DNA of 64,000 nt. It comes from Flavobacteriales bacterium. Lineage in GTDB: Bacteria; Bacteroidota; Bacteroidia; Flavobacteriales; UBA7312. Under the pieces are notes generated by a model. It worked only from the letters and a program-made list of their open reading frames with translations. It was not told where the DNA came from and ran no database searches. Within the stretch, counting starts at the first letter, position 1. The number at the start of each line of letters is the position of its first letter. Below are positions 28,927 through 38,422 of the stretch, one piece after another. The stretch is from assembly GCA_049890295.1 (NCBI GenBank), contig JBMHBP010000002.1:148561-212560 (forward strand), in the 5' to 3' direction. Made by a program: the position numbers and the translations under genes.

Positions 28927-31044
28927 TTAGTATCCTAAAAGCTCTTGTGCTTTTTTGATTGAGATTTCCTCATCGTTATAAAAAGCAATGGGGTAACAAC
29001 CTTCGAAACCTAAACTTGTTAGTTTATTGAGCCTCAGCATAGCAGCTTGAATATTTGTAAAGGTACCAGAGGTATACCTAAATATACCTTCAGAAACTTC
29101 GGTTTTTTCAACACCATCAATTTCATTTACTTTTGCTATCTCTACAACGTCATTTTTACTGTAGACGCCAATTTGTACTTTGAAAATTATGTCTCCATAA
29201 ACAGCTGCATTATCTTCGTTATAGTCTAAATCCATATAATCCTCAGCCTTGACAATTTGACCTTCTTTAATGGCTACTACTTTAGCGTTTTCATAGCTCA
29301 TATAGTATAATTCATTTCTTCTCTCAAGGGCATCCTCATAAGACGAAAATCCATCAGTAAAGACATGTTTAAATCCTTCATTATCTTTAAAAATAACAAG
29401 ATCGTCAAGGTCATAAAAATCCAAATCAACTTCTTTAAGAACATCTAGCTGTACTCTAAATACTATATCTACAAGAGGAGGGAGTGCGTCAAGCTTTGCC
29501 GATGCACGCTTGTTTCTTTCTCTAGCAATTTCGTCGTTTGTAACGGTTCTTAAATCTCCCTGAATGTCTTCAATTATCATTACATTATTATAGCCACTAT
29601 TAATAAGTTGCATTTGACGTTGATTAGCTTTCAATAAGTCGTCATATTCTCCAGAATAATACACAGTATAGTTCCCTTCAATAGTACTTTTTATATTATT
29701 GATGCTCATTAGTCTGTTGATTTCTGCAGCATCCATTCCTGCAGAATGTTTAGCTATTTGAAGTTTGTAAATCTTCTGAGCATTTAAGTCAATATATTTT
29801 GCTTCTGTATAGCTGTCTTCAAACTGTTGTTGCTGTTGAACAATTTTGTTGAATATTTTTGGCTTATAAATATCTACCAGCAGGGTATCACCCTGAATAT
29901 TGACAACTTCTTTTGTTATTTTGATATATTTTTCTGCAGGATACGTTTCTGCGAAATATGAAGTAGCATCTTTTCTTGAGGTAGCATTTAGGTAATTTAG
30001 ATACATTGCTTCACTCATTTTATCAGTGAGTTGAATTCCCTTTGAACTAACCACTGCACCTAATGGAGTATTTGCTTCTTGATCCAAGTAGTCTGGAACA
30101 TCGTCTTTATCAGTATCTAATGGACATCCTACAGCATCAACCTTTACTCTAGATGGTGTGCCAATACAAAAGTCATCGACATCAGGTACGCCATCACCGT
30201 CTTCATCTTCTCTATCTAAACTTTCAAAGTTTACAATGTAGTTGTCTTTTACTTCAGAGACATATTCTTCTTTACAGTCATTACAGAATAAATCATAAAC
30301 AAGATGGGCTGAGTTTACAAAATAATTATCTGAAGTACCATCTACTACATTATCAATGTAATCAGTGTTTGTATAATGAAATGTTGAACTTAAATTAAGG
30401 TTTAATCGTTCATTTAATATTAATTTGAGTCCAATAGATAGAGGTATGTCAATTCCTTCTTTACTGTACGCTTCTGTATTTTCTGGATCTAGCAACCATT
30501 CATTTAACAGATCAATTTCATATTCATCACTTGAACTATCATTAGAACCTTTTGAGTCAAATTTTAAATAATTTAAACCTACACCAACATAAGGAAAAAA
30601 TACAGCCTTTGATTCAGGTTTTTTTAGACTATAATCGAATCTAAAACCGATAGTATTGATGGTGCTCATGAAATTTATTGGAAGATCATTTCTATTTAGG
30701 CCATCAACTCTCACAATGCCTTCTTCCATCATTATTGTGGCATTTATGTTGTTTGTTATTTTGGAAGATAATCCTATTTGAAATCCCGATTGTCCAATAA
30801 TTCCAGTATTTCTAGTATCGGAAATATCACCTCTAAAATTAAAGTTACCAAAACCAATATGTATTAATGGTTTTAAAGTCATTCTTGACTTTTGTTTTTC
30901 TACTCCAGTTGAAATTGTTGAATCAGATAGCTGTTCATCTGTTGTATTTTGATAATCTGAAGGTATATATTTAGGGTCAGGAATCTGTGCCCATGTGACC
31001 ATGCAAAGAAGGCTCAAATAAATTGTTGACAGGAATTTTTTCAT
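28927..31044 (-). CDS. outer-membrane protein: N-terminal beta-barrel, thrombospondin type-3 Ca-binding repeats, and three SPOR-like repeats in place of an OmpA C-terminal domain
   Basis: 705 aa. The signal peptide ends in ..CMVTWAQ. Beta-strand patterning runs to about aa 250, and the TSP3 motifs are DEDGDGVPDVDD and DTDKDDVPDYLD. Three roughly 75-aa repeats follow, beginning YKLQIAKHS.., IVFRVQLDV.. and IIFKVQIGVYS.. . Confidence 0.7.
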   Translation of the reverse strand: MKKFLSTIYLSLLCMVTWAQIPDPKYIPSDYQNTTDEQLSDSTISTGVEKQKSRMTLKPLIHIGFGNFNFRGDISDTRNTGIIGQSGFQIGLSSKITNNINATIMMEEGIVRVDGLNRNDLPINFMSTINTIGFRFDYSLKKPESKAVFFPYVGVGLNYLKFDSKGSNDSSSDEYEIDLLNEWLLDPENTEAYSKEGIDIPLSIGLKLILNERLNLNLSSTFHYTNTDYIDNVVDGTSDNYFVNSAHLVYDLFCNDCKEEYVSEVKDNYIVNFESLDREDEDGDGVPDVDDFCIGTPSRVKVDAVGCPLDTDKDDVPDYLDQEANTPLGAVVSSKGIQLTDKMSEAMYLNYLNATSRKDATSYFAETYPAEKYIKITKEVVNIQGDTLLVDIYKPKIFNKIVQQQQQFEDSYTEAKYIDLNAQKIYKLQIAKHSAGMDAAEINRLMSINNIKSTIEGNYTVYYSGEYDDLLKANQRQMQLINSGYNNVMIIEDIQGDLRTVTNDEIARERNKRASAKLDALPPLVDIVFRVQLDVLKEVDLDFYDLDDLVIFKDNEGFKHVFTDGFSSYEDALERRNELYYMSYENAKVVAIKEGQIVKAEDYMDLDYNEDNAAVYGDIIFKVQIGVYSKNDVVEIAKVNEIDGVEKTEVSEGIFRYTSGTFTNIQAAMLRLNKLTSLGFEGCYPIAFYNDEEISIKKAQELLGY

Positions 31045-31098
31045 TTAAACTCTTATTGTTAGTGAATGTCTGTAAAACTAAAGAAAATTTGTGAGTTA

Positions 31099-31797
31099 TC
31101 AGAAGTTTGGTTTCAGCAAATATTTTGAGTAAAAATTATCTATGTATTCAACAGCTTCATCAGGAGTATCTACCAGTTTAAAAAGGTCTAAATCTTCTGG
31201 ACTTATATTTTTTTCAGTTTTTAACATCACATCTTTAATCCAATCCATTAATCCTGTCCAATATTCAATTCCGACTAGTACTATTGGGAAAGCAGCAATT
31301 TTTTGAGTTTGGATTAAGGTTATTGCTTCGAAAAGCTCATCTAATGTACCAACTCCCCCAGGCATGACAACAAAGCCTTGGGCGTATTTTACGAACATTA
31401 CTTTTCTAACAAAGAAGTAATCAAAATTAATGAGTTTATCGTTGTCAATATATTCATTAGCATCTTGTTCAAATGGTAAATCGATATTTAAACCAACTGA
31501 TTTTCCTTGTCCTTTGTAAGCTCCTTTATTACCTGCTTCCATAATACCTAAACCGCCGCCAGTGATTACTCCATAACCCTTTTTTGTAAGTTTTTCGGCA
31601 ATTTCCTCGGCTTGTTTATAGTATTTATTTTCTGGTTTTGTTCTAGCAGAACCAAAAATAGATACACATGGTCCAATTTTAGACAAAGCTTCAAATGCTT
31701 GTACAAACTCTGACATGATTTTAAAAATTTGCCATGAGTCACTAGATTTTATTTCATTCCAACTTTTATCTTTAAAAGCTTTTTCAATTTTATTCAT
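31099..31797 (-). CDS. LOG family protein (TIGR00730; cytokinin riboside 5'-monophosphate phosphoribohydrolase-like)
   Basis: 232 aa. Motifs are GGGLGIMEAGNKGA and PGGVGTLDELFE. Confidence 0.88.
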   Translation of the reverse strand: MNKIEKAFKDKSWNEIKSSDSWQIFKIMSEFVQAFEALSKIGPCVSIFGSARTKPENKYYKQAEEIAEKLTKKGYGVITGGGLGIMEAGNKGAYKGQGKSVGLNIDLPFEQDANEYIDNDKLINFDYFFVRKVMFVKYAQGFVVMPGGVGTLDELFEAITLIQTQKIAAFPIVLVGIEYWTGLMDWIKDVMLKTEKNISPEDLDLFKLVDTPDEAVEYIDNFYSKYLLKPNF

Positions 31798-31808
31798 AAG
31801 TCCGTTAT

Positions 31809-34634
31809 TTAAGTTAGTAATTCAGTTTTAAGGAAAGGGGCTGTATACCCATTGTTAGATTGTATAATTTCTTCTGGAGTTCCTTCATTGATTATTTCTC
31901 CTCCTTTATTTCCACCTTCTATTCCTACTTCAATGATATGATCGGCCATTTTTATAACATCTAGATTGTGCTCAATTACTAAAACGGTATTTCCTTTGTT
32001 GACTATTTTTTCTAGAACTTGTAATAAGACATTAATATCCTCAAAATGTAGACCTGTTGTTGGTTCATCAAGAATGTAAAAGGTATTTCCTGTATTTTTC
32101 TTTGATAATTCACTTGCTAATTTTACTCTTTGCGATTCACCGCCTGATAGGGTAGTGGATTGCTGACCTAATTTCACATAGCCTAACCCTACTTCATACA
32201 ACGCTTTAAGTTGTCGGTATATTTTAGGATGGTTTTCAAAAAAAGATAAAGCTTGTGCAATAGTCATGTCCAATACATCTGCTATAGATTTCCCTTTATA
32301 TCTGATTTCTAAGGTTTCCTTATTGTATCGTTTACTATTACAATATTCGCAATCCACATGAACATCTGGAAGAAAGTTCATTTCTATTGTTCTGACCCCG
32401 GCTCCTTTACATTCTTCACACCGTCCACCACTAACATTAAATGAAAATCGGCCAACTTTATAGCCTCTTGCTTTTGATTCAGGGTGTTGAGTGAAAAGGG
32501 TTCTGATTTCTGAAAAAACTCCAGTGTATGTTGCTGGATTTGAACGAGGAGTCCTGCCTATAGGGGATTGATTAACCTCAATAACTTTGTCAATATGTTC
32601 TAGTCCAGAGATAGAATCGTATTCTAAGGGTTTTTTAACACTTTTATAAAAATATTGACTTAAAATTGGATATAGGGTTTCATTAATTAGGGTACTTTTT
32701 CCACTACCTGAAACACCAATAACACCAATAAACTTACCTAATGGAAATTTAACATTTACATTTTTTAAGTTATTACCTCTAGCACCTTTTAGATTTATTG
32801 ATTTACCATTACCTTTTCTTCTGCTAGAGTTAGGGGAAATCATTTTTTTACCACTCAGATAATCAATTGTAAGTGAGTCGTTTTGCAAAAATTGTTTGAT
32901 ATTCCCTTGGGCAATAATTTCACCACCATGTGAACCTGCCCCGGGTCCTATATCAATGATATGGTCGGCCGACATTATCATATCTTTATCGTGTTCTACT
33001 ACTATAATAGAATTACCGATATCGCGTAATTTTTTTAATGAGTCAATCAGTCGTTGGTTATCTCTTTGGTGAAGCCCAATACTTGGCTCATCAAGGATAT
33101 AAAGGACATCAGTGAGTTGTGAACTAATTTGGGTTGCTAATCTAATTCGCTGACTTTCACCACCAGAAATACTTCTTGCTGAACGGTTTAATGATAAATA
33201 ATCAAGTCCTACATCTAAAAGAAATTGAACTCTTTTGCTGAGTTCTTTTACGATTTCATTAGCAACTATCTTTTGTTTTTTAGAAAATACAGTTGATAAG
33301 TCGTTGATCCAGTCTTGAAGTTCTACAATGTCTAATTCAGCAACCTGAGCTATATTTTTATCGTTTATTTTGAAGTATAATGATTCCTTTTTTAATCGAC
33401 TGCCATTACAAGTATTACATTTTTCATTGGTCATAAAATCATTGGCCCATCTTTTTAATTTCATCGAAGTGGAGTGTTTGTATTGTTCTTCAATAAAATT
33501 GACAATACCTTCAAACTTAATGTTGTAAGACTTATTAAGTTTAGCAGCTTTTAACTCAACTGAAAAGGATTCATTTATGCCATACAGGATAGCATTCAAA
33601 CCTTTTTTTGGAATATCTTTAATTGGGGTGGTAAGTTTGAAATCGTAGAGCTTCCCAATCTTTTCAATTTGATTAATAATCCATGAATTGGATGTCGTCT
33701 TGACTGGAATAAGTCCTCCATTTTTTATACTCAAACTTTCGTTTAAGATTTTATTTATATCAACAATAGATTTTGTTCCTAAACCATTACAGTTATTACA
33801 TGCCCCTTTTGGCGAATTGAATGAAAAATTATTAGGTTCCGCCTGAGGGTATGAAATTCCTGTTTTAGAACACATGAGGTGACGACTAAAAAAACGACTT
33901 TCATTACTTTCATGTTCCAAGGTCATTATTAGACCTTTTCCGTATTTCATTGCTGTTTGGATAGATTGTTTTAATCTATTTTCATTACCTTTTTTCACGG
34001 CCAAACGGTCAATGACTATTTCAATATCATGTGTTTTAAATCTGTCTACCTTCATTCCTGGAGTAATTTCGGTTAGTACACCGTCGACTCTTACTCTCAG
34101 AAACCCTTGCTTTGCAGTTTGTTCAAATAACTCCCTGTAATGTCCTTTTCTTGAACGTATAACAGGGGCTAGTATTAATATTTTCTTTTGATTTAATTCT
34201 TTTGTAATTATATCTAAAACTTCGTCATCAGAATATGATACCATTTTTTCTCCTGTATTATAGGAGTATGCATCAGCTAAACGAGCAAAAAGTAATCTCA
34301 AAAAATCATAAATCTCCGTAATTGTGCCAACCGTTGATCTTGGGTTCTTACTAGTTGATTTTTGTTCAATTGATATTACTGGTGATAAGCCGTTAATTTT
34401 TTCAACTTTTGGTCTTTCAAGACCACCTAAAAATTGCCTTGCATAAGCTGAAAAGGTTTCAATATATCGACGTTGTCCTTCAGCGTAGATAGTGTCAAAA
34501 GCAAGTGACGATTTTCCACTTCCGCTCATTCCAGTTACCACCACTAGCTGATTTCTGGGGATTGAGATATCAATATTTTTTAAATTATGTTCTTGTGCTC
34601 CGTAGATTTGAAGCAATTCTTTTGGTTTACTCAT
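31809..34634 (-). CDS. uvrA: excinuclease ABC subunit A
   Basis: 941 aa. It has two ABC ATPase modules (GMSGSGKSS, GVSGSGKST, two LSGGE signatures) and zinc-finger Cys pairs (CNNCNGLG, CNTCNGSR, CEECKGAG, CEYCNSKR). Confidence 0.97.
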   Translation of the reverse strand: MSKPKELLQIYGAQEHNLKNIDISIPRNQLVVVTGMSGSGKSSLAFDTIYAEGQRRYIETFSAYARQFLGGLERPKVEKINGLSPVISIEQKSTSKNPRSTVGTITEIYDFLRLLFARLADAYSYNTGEKMVSYSDDEVLDIITKELNQKKILILAPVIRSRKGHYRELFEQTAKQGFLRVRVDGVLTEITPGMKVDRFKTHDIEIVIDRLAVKKGNENRLKQSIQTAMKYGKGLIMTLEHESNESRFFSRHLMCSKTGISYPQAEPNNFSFNSPKGACNNCNGLGTKSIVDINKILNESLSIKNGGLIPVKTTSNSWIINQIEKIGKLYDFKLTTPIKDIPKKGLNAILYGINESFSVELKAAKLNKSYNIKFEGIVNFIEEQYKHSTSMKLKRWANDFMTNEKCNTCNGSRLKKESLYFKINDKNIAQVAELDIVELQDWINDLSTVFSKKQKIVANEIVKELSKRVQFLLDVGLDYLSLNRSARSISGGESQRIRLATQISSQLTDVLYILDEPSIGLHQRDNQRLIDSLKKLRDIGNSIIVVEHDKDMIMSADHIIDIGPGAGSHGGEIIAQGNIKQFLQNDSLTIDYLSGKKMISPNSSRRKGNGKSINLKGARGNNLKNVNVKFPLGKFIGVIGVSGSGKSTLINETLYPILSQYFYKSVKKPLEYDSISGLEHIDKVIEVNQSPIGRTPRSNPATYTGVFSEIRTLFTQHPESKARGYKVGRFSFNVSGGRCEECKGAGVRTIEMNFLPDVHVDCEYCNSKRYNKETLEIRYKGKSIADVLDMTIAQALSFFENHPKIYRQLKALYEVGLGYVKLGQQSTTLSGGESQRVKLASELSKKNTGNTFYILDEPTTGLHFEDINVLLQVLEKIVNKGNTVLVIEHNLDVIKMADHIIEVGIEGGNKGGEIINEGTPEEIIQSNNGYTAPFLKTELLT

Positions 34635-35595
34635 TAACTAAGCTGTCTTTAAATGATACTTTAGGGGTTAAGCTGTATATATTTTCAATTGGTATTTTAA
34701 TTTCATACGTCTTTCCACTTTTATTGCTTAAATAACTTTGTCTCAACCAAGGATTGTGAATCTTCAATATTTTATAGTTAATACCATATTTGTGTGAAAA
34801 GTCTGCAAAGTTACTCACGGCACTATCTACTTTTACGGAATAAGTTGGAATAGGTTCGTATAGATCTTCAGTTCTGAATTGAAAGCCATATTTATTAGGA
34901 TTTTCAATGATAGCTTTAATGGCTAAAATTCTAAAAACATATCTTGACGTTTCATTATTCAATAGAAGGTCATAATATTGATTACACTGTTGCCTATTCA
35001 TTTGTTTTTGAAGACCACTTCTACCCATGTTGTAGGCTGCTGCTGCTAATGTCCATGAGCCAAACTTCTCTTTTGCATTTAATAAAAAATCACAAGCAAC
35101 TATAGTTGATTTTTCTAAGTGATATCGTTCATCAATTTCTGAATTGACCTCCAATCCAAATTCTTTGCCAGTGGTTTTCATTATTTGCCAAAACCCCTTA
35201 GCTCCAGCTGGTGAGGTAACATTTTCTAATCCACTCTCAATTAATGCTAGATATTTAAAATCTTCGGGAATACCCTTTTCAATTAGAATTGGAGTTATGG
35301 TAGGAAAATATTTTGAGGCTCTTTTGTGTAATAACAAGGTGTTGGATTGCCAATAAGTGTTTTTAAGAATTTCTTTGTCATACCTTTCCCAAATATCTGG
35401 ATTTTCTAGTGGTACTCTTTCATCACAAAAAAAAATATCAGCAGAAGGTTTAGGTAAAGCAAAAATGGAGTATTTAGCTTTAAAATTATCAAATACTAAT
35501 TGGCTTTCTGTAGCTGGTGTTGAACTTGATGTTAAGACTACATAACCTATTAGAGAGCAGACTCCAAGAATTAAAAAATAAATTTCTTTTTTCAT
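34627..35595 (-). CDS. lytic transglycosylase (SLT domain) protein, membrane-anchored
   Basis: I trimmed the start to MKKEIYFLILGV (ATG 35595), which abuts the rfbC stop. The SLT motif is ALIESGLENVTSPAGAKGFWQIM. The stop overlaps the uvrA start by 8 nt. Confidence 0.82.
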   Translation of the reverse strand: MKKEIYFLILGVCSLIGYVVLTSSSTPATESQLVFDNFKAKYSIFALPKPSADIFFCDERVPLENPDIWERYDKEILKNTYWQSNTLLLHKRASKYFPTITPILIEKGIPEDFKYLALIESGLENVTSPAGAKGFWQIMKTTGKEFGLEVNSEIDERYHLEKSTIVACDFLLNAKEKFGSWTLAAAAYNMGRSGLQKQMNRQQCNQYYDLLLNNETSRYVFRILAIKAIIENPNKYGFQFRTEDLYEPIPTYSVKVDSAVSNFADFSHKYGINYKILKIHNPWLRQSYLSNKSGKTYEIKIPIENIYSLTPKVSFKDSLVNE

Positions 35596-35596
35596 A

Positions 35597-36139
35597 TTAA
35601 AATGGGCTAATAAAGGGTTTAAAATTTTCTGCTTCATTATCTTTTTGAGATACAATGGGAGAATTGACACCCCAGTCGATATTTAAATCTTTATCATTCC
35701 ATAGAATTGCCCCTTCAGATTCTTTTGAATATGGTCCGGTACATTTATAGCTAAAAATAGTGTTGTTTTCCAACGTTAAAAACCCATGAGCAAAGCCTGG
35801 AGGTATCCAAAAAATAAGTTTGTTTTCACTACTTAGAAGTATACTTTTATGCTGACCGTATGTCGGAGATTCTTTTCTTATATCAACAGCAACATCTAAA
35901 ACACTGCCATGTATAACTCTTACTAATTTGCCTTGCTCAAAAGGAGGACATTGAAAATGTAAACCTCTTAATACCCCTTTGTGTGATAGTGATTGATTAT
36001 CTTGCACAAAGTCGAGATTTAATCCATTCTCTGTAAATATTTTTTTGTTATAGCTTTCGAAAAAGTGCCCTCTTTCATCCCCATAAACGCTAGGTTCTAA
36101 TATACACAACCCTTCAATTTCAGTATGTTTAATCTTCAT
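35597..36139 (-). CDS. rfbC: dTDP-4-dehydrorhamnose 3,5-epimerase
   Basis: I trimmed the start to MKIKHTEIEGL (ATG 36139). RmlC motifs are FGDERGHFFE, QDNQSLSHKGVLRGLHFQ and the cupin fold. Confidence 0.9.
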   Translation of the reverse strand: MKIKHTEIEGLCILEPSVYGDERGHFFESYNKKIFTENGLNLDFVQDNQSLSHKGVLRGLHFQCPPFEQGKLVRVIHGSVLDVAVDIRKESPTYGQHKSILLSSENKLIFWIPPGFAHGFLTLENNTIFSYKCTGPYSKESEGAILWNDKDLNIDWGVNSPIVSQKDNEAENFKPFISPF

Positions 36140-36206
36140 AATTTTTATAAAGTATAAAGATACAAAACAATGCTGACTATAAATTCGCCTGTTGCTAATA
36201 TTAAAG

Positions 36207-36214
36207 TATATTTG
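36207..36214 (+). promoter_or_regulatory. TAnnTTTG -7 motif (TATATTTG) for the FKBP isomerase gene
   Basis: Exact motif 19 nt upstream of the ATG at 36234. Confidence 0.45.
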
Positions 36215-36233
36215 CAATCCTAAAATTATCATT

Positions 36234-36893
36234 ATGAAAAAATTGATTTTATCCCTAATTGTGCTAATGGGGCTTTCAAATATTAATGCACAAAATTTAA
36301 ATACTGAAATGGAAAAGGTTAGTTATAGTTTAGGAATAAATGTTGCTAAAAGTGTTAAAAGTCAAGGCTTAGAGAGTATAGATGCAGATGCTGTTGCACA
36401 AGCATTTAAAGATGTTTTTGAAGGAAAAACATTACAAATTTCTGAAGAGGAGGCTAATTTGGTTTTAAACGATTATTTTAAAAAAATGGCTGATAAAAAG
36501 AAAGAACAGAATGTTGCAGCAGGTCAAGCATTTTTAGCTGAAAATGCGAAGAGAGAAGCGGTAATTACTACTTCTTCAGGTCTGCAATATGAAGTGTTAA
36601 CAGAAGGTTCTGGTGATTCCCCAAAAGAGACTGATAAAGTTACTGTTCATTATCATGGTACTTTAATTGATGGAACTGTTTTCGATAGTTCTGTTGAAAG
36701 AGGTGAGCCTGCTTCATTTCCTGTAAATGGCGTTATTCCTGGTTGGGTTGAAGCTTTACAATTGATGAAGCCTGGTGATAAGTTTAAACTATTTATTCCC
36801 TCCAATCTTGCTTATGGTGAGAGAGGTGCTGGTGGTTCAATTGGACCAAATTCAACATTAATTTTTGAGGTAGAATTAATTTCTGTTAACTAG
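36234..36893 (+). CDS. FKBP-type peptidyl-prolyl cis-trans isomerase (FkpA/FklB-like), exported
   Basis: I trimmed the start to [13 protein letters not shown], which gives a signal peptide. The FKBP core is [18 protein letters not shown]...GWVEAL..M..G.K..L.IP..LAYGERG. Confidence 0.9.
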   Translation: MKKLILSLIVLMGLSNINAQNLNTEMEKVSYSLGINVAKSVKSQGLESIDADAVAQAFKDVFEGKTLQISEEEANLVLNDYFKKMADKKKEQNVAAGQAFLAENAKREAVITTSSGLQYEVLTEGSGDSPKETDKVTVHYHGTLIDGTVFDSSVERGEPASFPVNGVIPGWVEALQLMKPGDKFKLFIPSNLAYGERGAGGSIGPNSTLIFEVELISVN

Positions 36894-36910
36894 AAATTTA
36901 ACTGATAGTC

Positions 36911-36942
36911 AAAAAAAAACCTCGCACTAGCGAGGTTTTTTT
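36911..36942. terminator. bidirectional Rho-independent terminator between convergent genes
   Basis: An A9 run is followed by the hairpin CCTCGC-acta-GCGAGG and then a T7 run. Confidence 0.75.
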
Positions 36943-36960
36943 ATATGTAGTAAATTAGTT

Positions 36961-38349
36961 TTACATGTGTATGACTTCACCATAAGCATCTGCTACAGCT
37001 TCCATTACTGCCTCACTCATTGTAGGATGGGGGTGAACAGCTTTTAAAATTTCATGTCCTGTTGTTTCCAGTTTTCTAGCTACAACGGCTTCAGCAATCA
37101 TTTCAGTAACGTTATAGCCAATCATATGGCAACCTAACCATTCGCCATATTTTGCATCAAAAATTACTTTTACAAAACCGTCTTTGTGTCCTGCAGCTGA
37201 GGCCTTTCCAGAGGCAGAGAATGGGAATTTACCTACCTTTACTTCATAACCGGCTTCTTTAGCTGCTTTTTCAGTATACCCAACAGATGAAATTTCGGGT
37301 GAGCAATATGTACATCCGGGAATGTTTCCATAGTCCAGTGGTTCTGGATTTTGTCCTGCAATTTTTTCAACACAAATAATACCTTCTGCTGATGCAACAT
37401 GGGCTAATGCTTGTGTTGGTAAAACATCTCCAATTGCGTAGTAACCGGGAATGTTTGTTTGGTAAAAATCGTTAACAATTAATTTGCCCTGATCTGTTAC
37501 TATTCCAACATCTTCTAAACCTAAATTTTCAATATTTGCAGTGATACCTACAGCAGATAATACAACATCACACTCAATGACTTCCTCACCTTTCTTGGTT
37601 TTGACAGTAACTTTACAGTTTTTGCCAGAAGTATCAACACTTTCTACTGATGAATTTGTCATGACAGAGATACCGCTTTTCTTAAATGTTCTTGCTAACT
37701 GTTTTGAGACGTCTTCATCTTCAACTGGAACAATCGTGGGCATATATTCAACGACAGTAACATCAACCCCCATTGTATTGTAGAAATAAGCAAATTCAAC
37801 ACCTATTGCTCCAGATCCAACGACCACCATTTTTTTAGGTTTATTCTTCAAAGTCATTGCTTTTCTATAGCCAATGATTTTTTCACCATCTTGAGGTAAA
37901 TTTGGCAACTCTCTGGAACGGGCACCAGTTGCAATTATAATACTTGAAGCACTATATTCAGTTGTTTTACCATCGGTATCGACAACATCTACCTTCTTGC
38001 CTGCTTTTATTTTTGCAGTACCCATAATGACTTCAATTTTATTTTTTTTCATTAAGAAGTCAATTCCTTTACTCATACCGTTGGCAACGTCTCTTGAGCG
38101 TGATACTACTTTTGTGAAATCAGCATCTGCTTCTTTAACAGCTATACCAAAATCTTCTGCATGATTAATATAATCAAATACTTGAGCAGATTTTAATAAT
38201 GCTTTAGTGGGAATACAACCCCAATTTAAGCAAACTCCACCAAGAGATTCTTTTTCTATGATAGCTGTTTTTAATCCTAATTGAGAAGCACGAATGGCGG
38301 TTACATATCCACCTGGTCCACTTCCTATTACTATAACATCAAAATTCAT
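36961..38349 (-). CDS. lpdA: dihydrolipoyl dehydrogenase (E3)
   Basis: 462 aa. The FAD motif is VIGSGPGGY and the redox disulfide is GGVCLNWGCIPTK. It also has an NAD motif and the C-terminal HPHPTMSE interface motif. Confidence 0.95.
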   Translation of the reverse strand: MNFDVIVIGSGPGGYVTAIRASQLGLKTAIIEKESLGGVCLNWGCIPTKALLKSAQVFDYINHAEDFGIAVKEADADFTKVVSRSRDVANGMSKGIDFLMKKNKIEVIMGTAKIKAGKKVDVVDTDGKTTEYSASSIIIATGARSRELPNLPQDGEKIIGYRKAMTLKNKPKKMVVVGSGAIGVEFAYFYNTMGVDVTVVEYMPTIVPVEDEDVSKQLARTFKKSGISVMTNSSVESVDTSGKNCKVTVKTKKGEEVIECDVVLSAVGITANIENLGLEDVGIVTDQGKLIVNDFYQTNIPGYYAIGDVLPTQALAHVASAEGIICVEKIAGQNPEPLDYGNIPGCTYCSPEISSVGYTEKAAKEAGYEVKVGKFPFSASGKASAAGHKDGFVKVIFDAKYGEWLGCHMIGYNVTEMIAEAVVARKLETTGHEILKAVHPHPTMSEAVMEAVADAYGEVIHM

Positions 38350-38374
38350 TTTCTAGTGTTTTTAAATCCGTCAG

Positions 38375-38382
38375 CAAATCTA
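38375..38382 (-). promoter_or_regulatory. TAnnTTTG -7 motif (TAGATTTG on minus strand) for lpd
   Basis: Plus-strand caaatcta lies 25 nt upstream of the ATG at 38349. Confidence 0.4.
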
Positions 38383-38422
38383 ATAAATTCTTCCACAGTA
38401 AACGAAGCAATCTGCTAATACT

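Noticed and set aside
35427-35435. A9/T9 homopolymer inside the lytic transglycosylase coding region, and similar A/T runs elsewhere (for example 8768..8776), considered as slipped-strand phase-variation switches.
   Set aside because: The run encodes an ordinary IFFC segment. Tracts of 8-9 A/T are expected frequently in sequence this AT-rich, and there is no alternative frame that yields a meaningful product.
35597-36232. Apparent overlaps between neighbouring genes in the ORF track: rfbC with the FKBP gene, fmt with recQ, DUF368 with rhodanese, the lytic transglycosylase with rfbC, and the 6473 start of the ABC gene.
   Set aside because: These are N-terminal extensions from the first in-frame start-like codon after a stop. 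In each case a downstream ATG gives the conserved family N-terminus or a proper signal peptide and removes the overlap.
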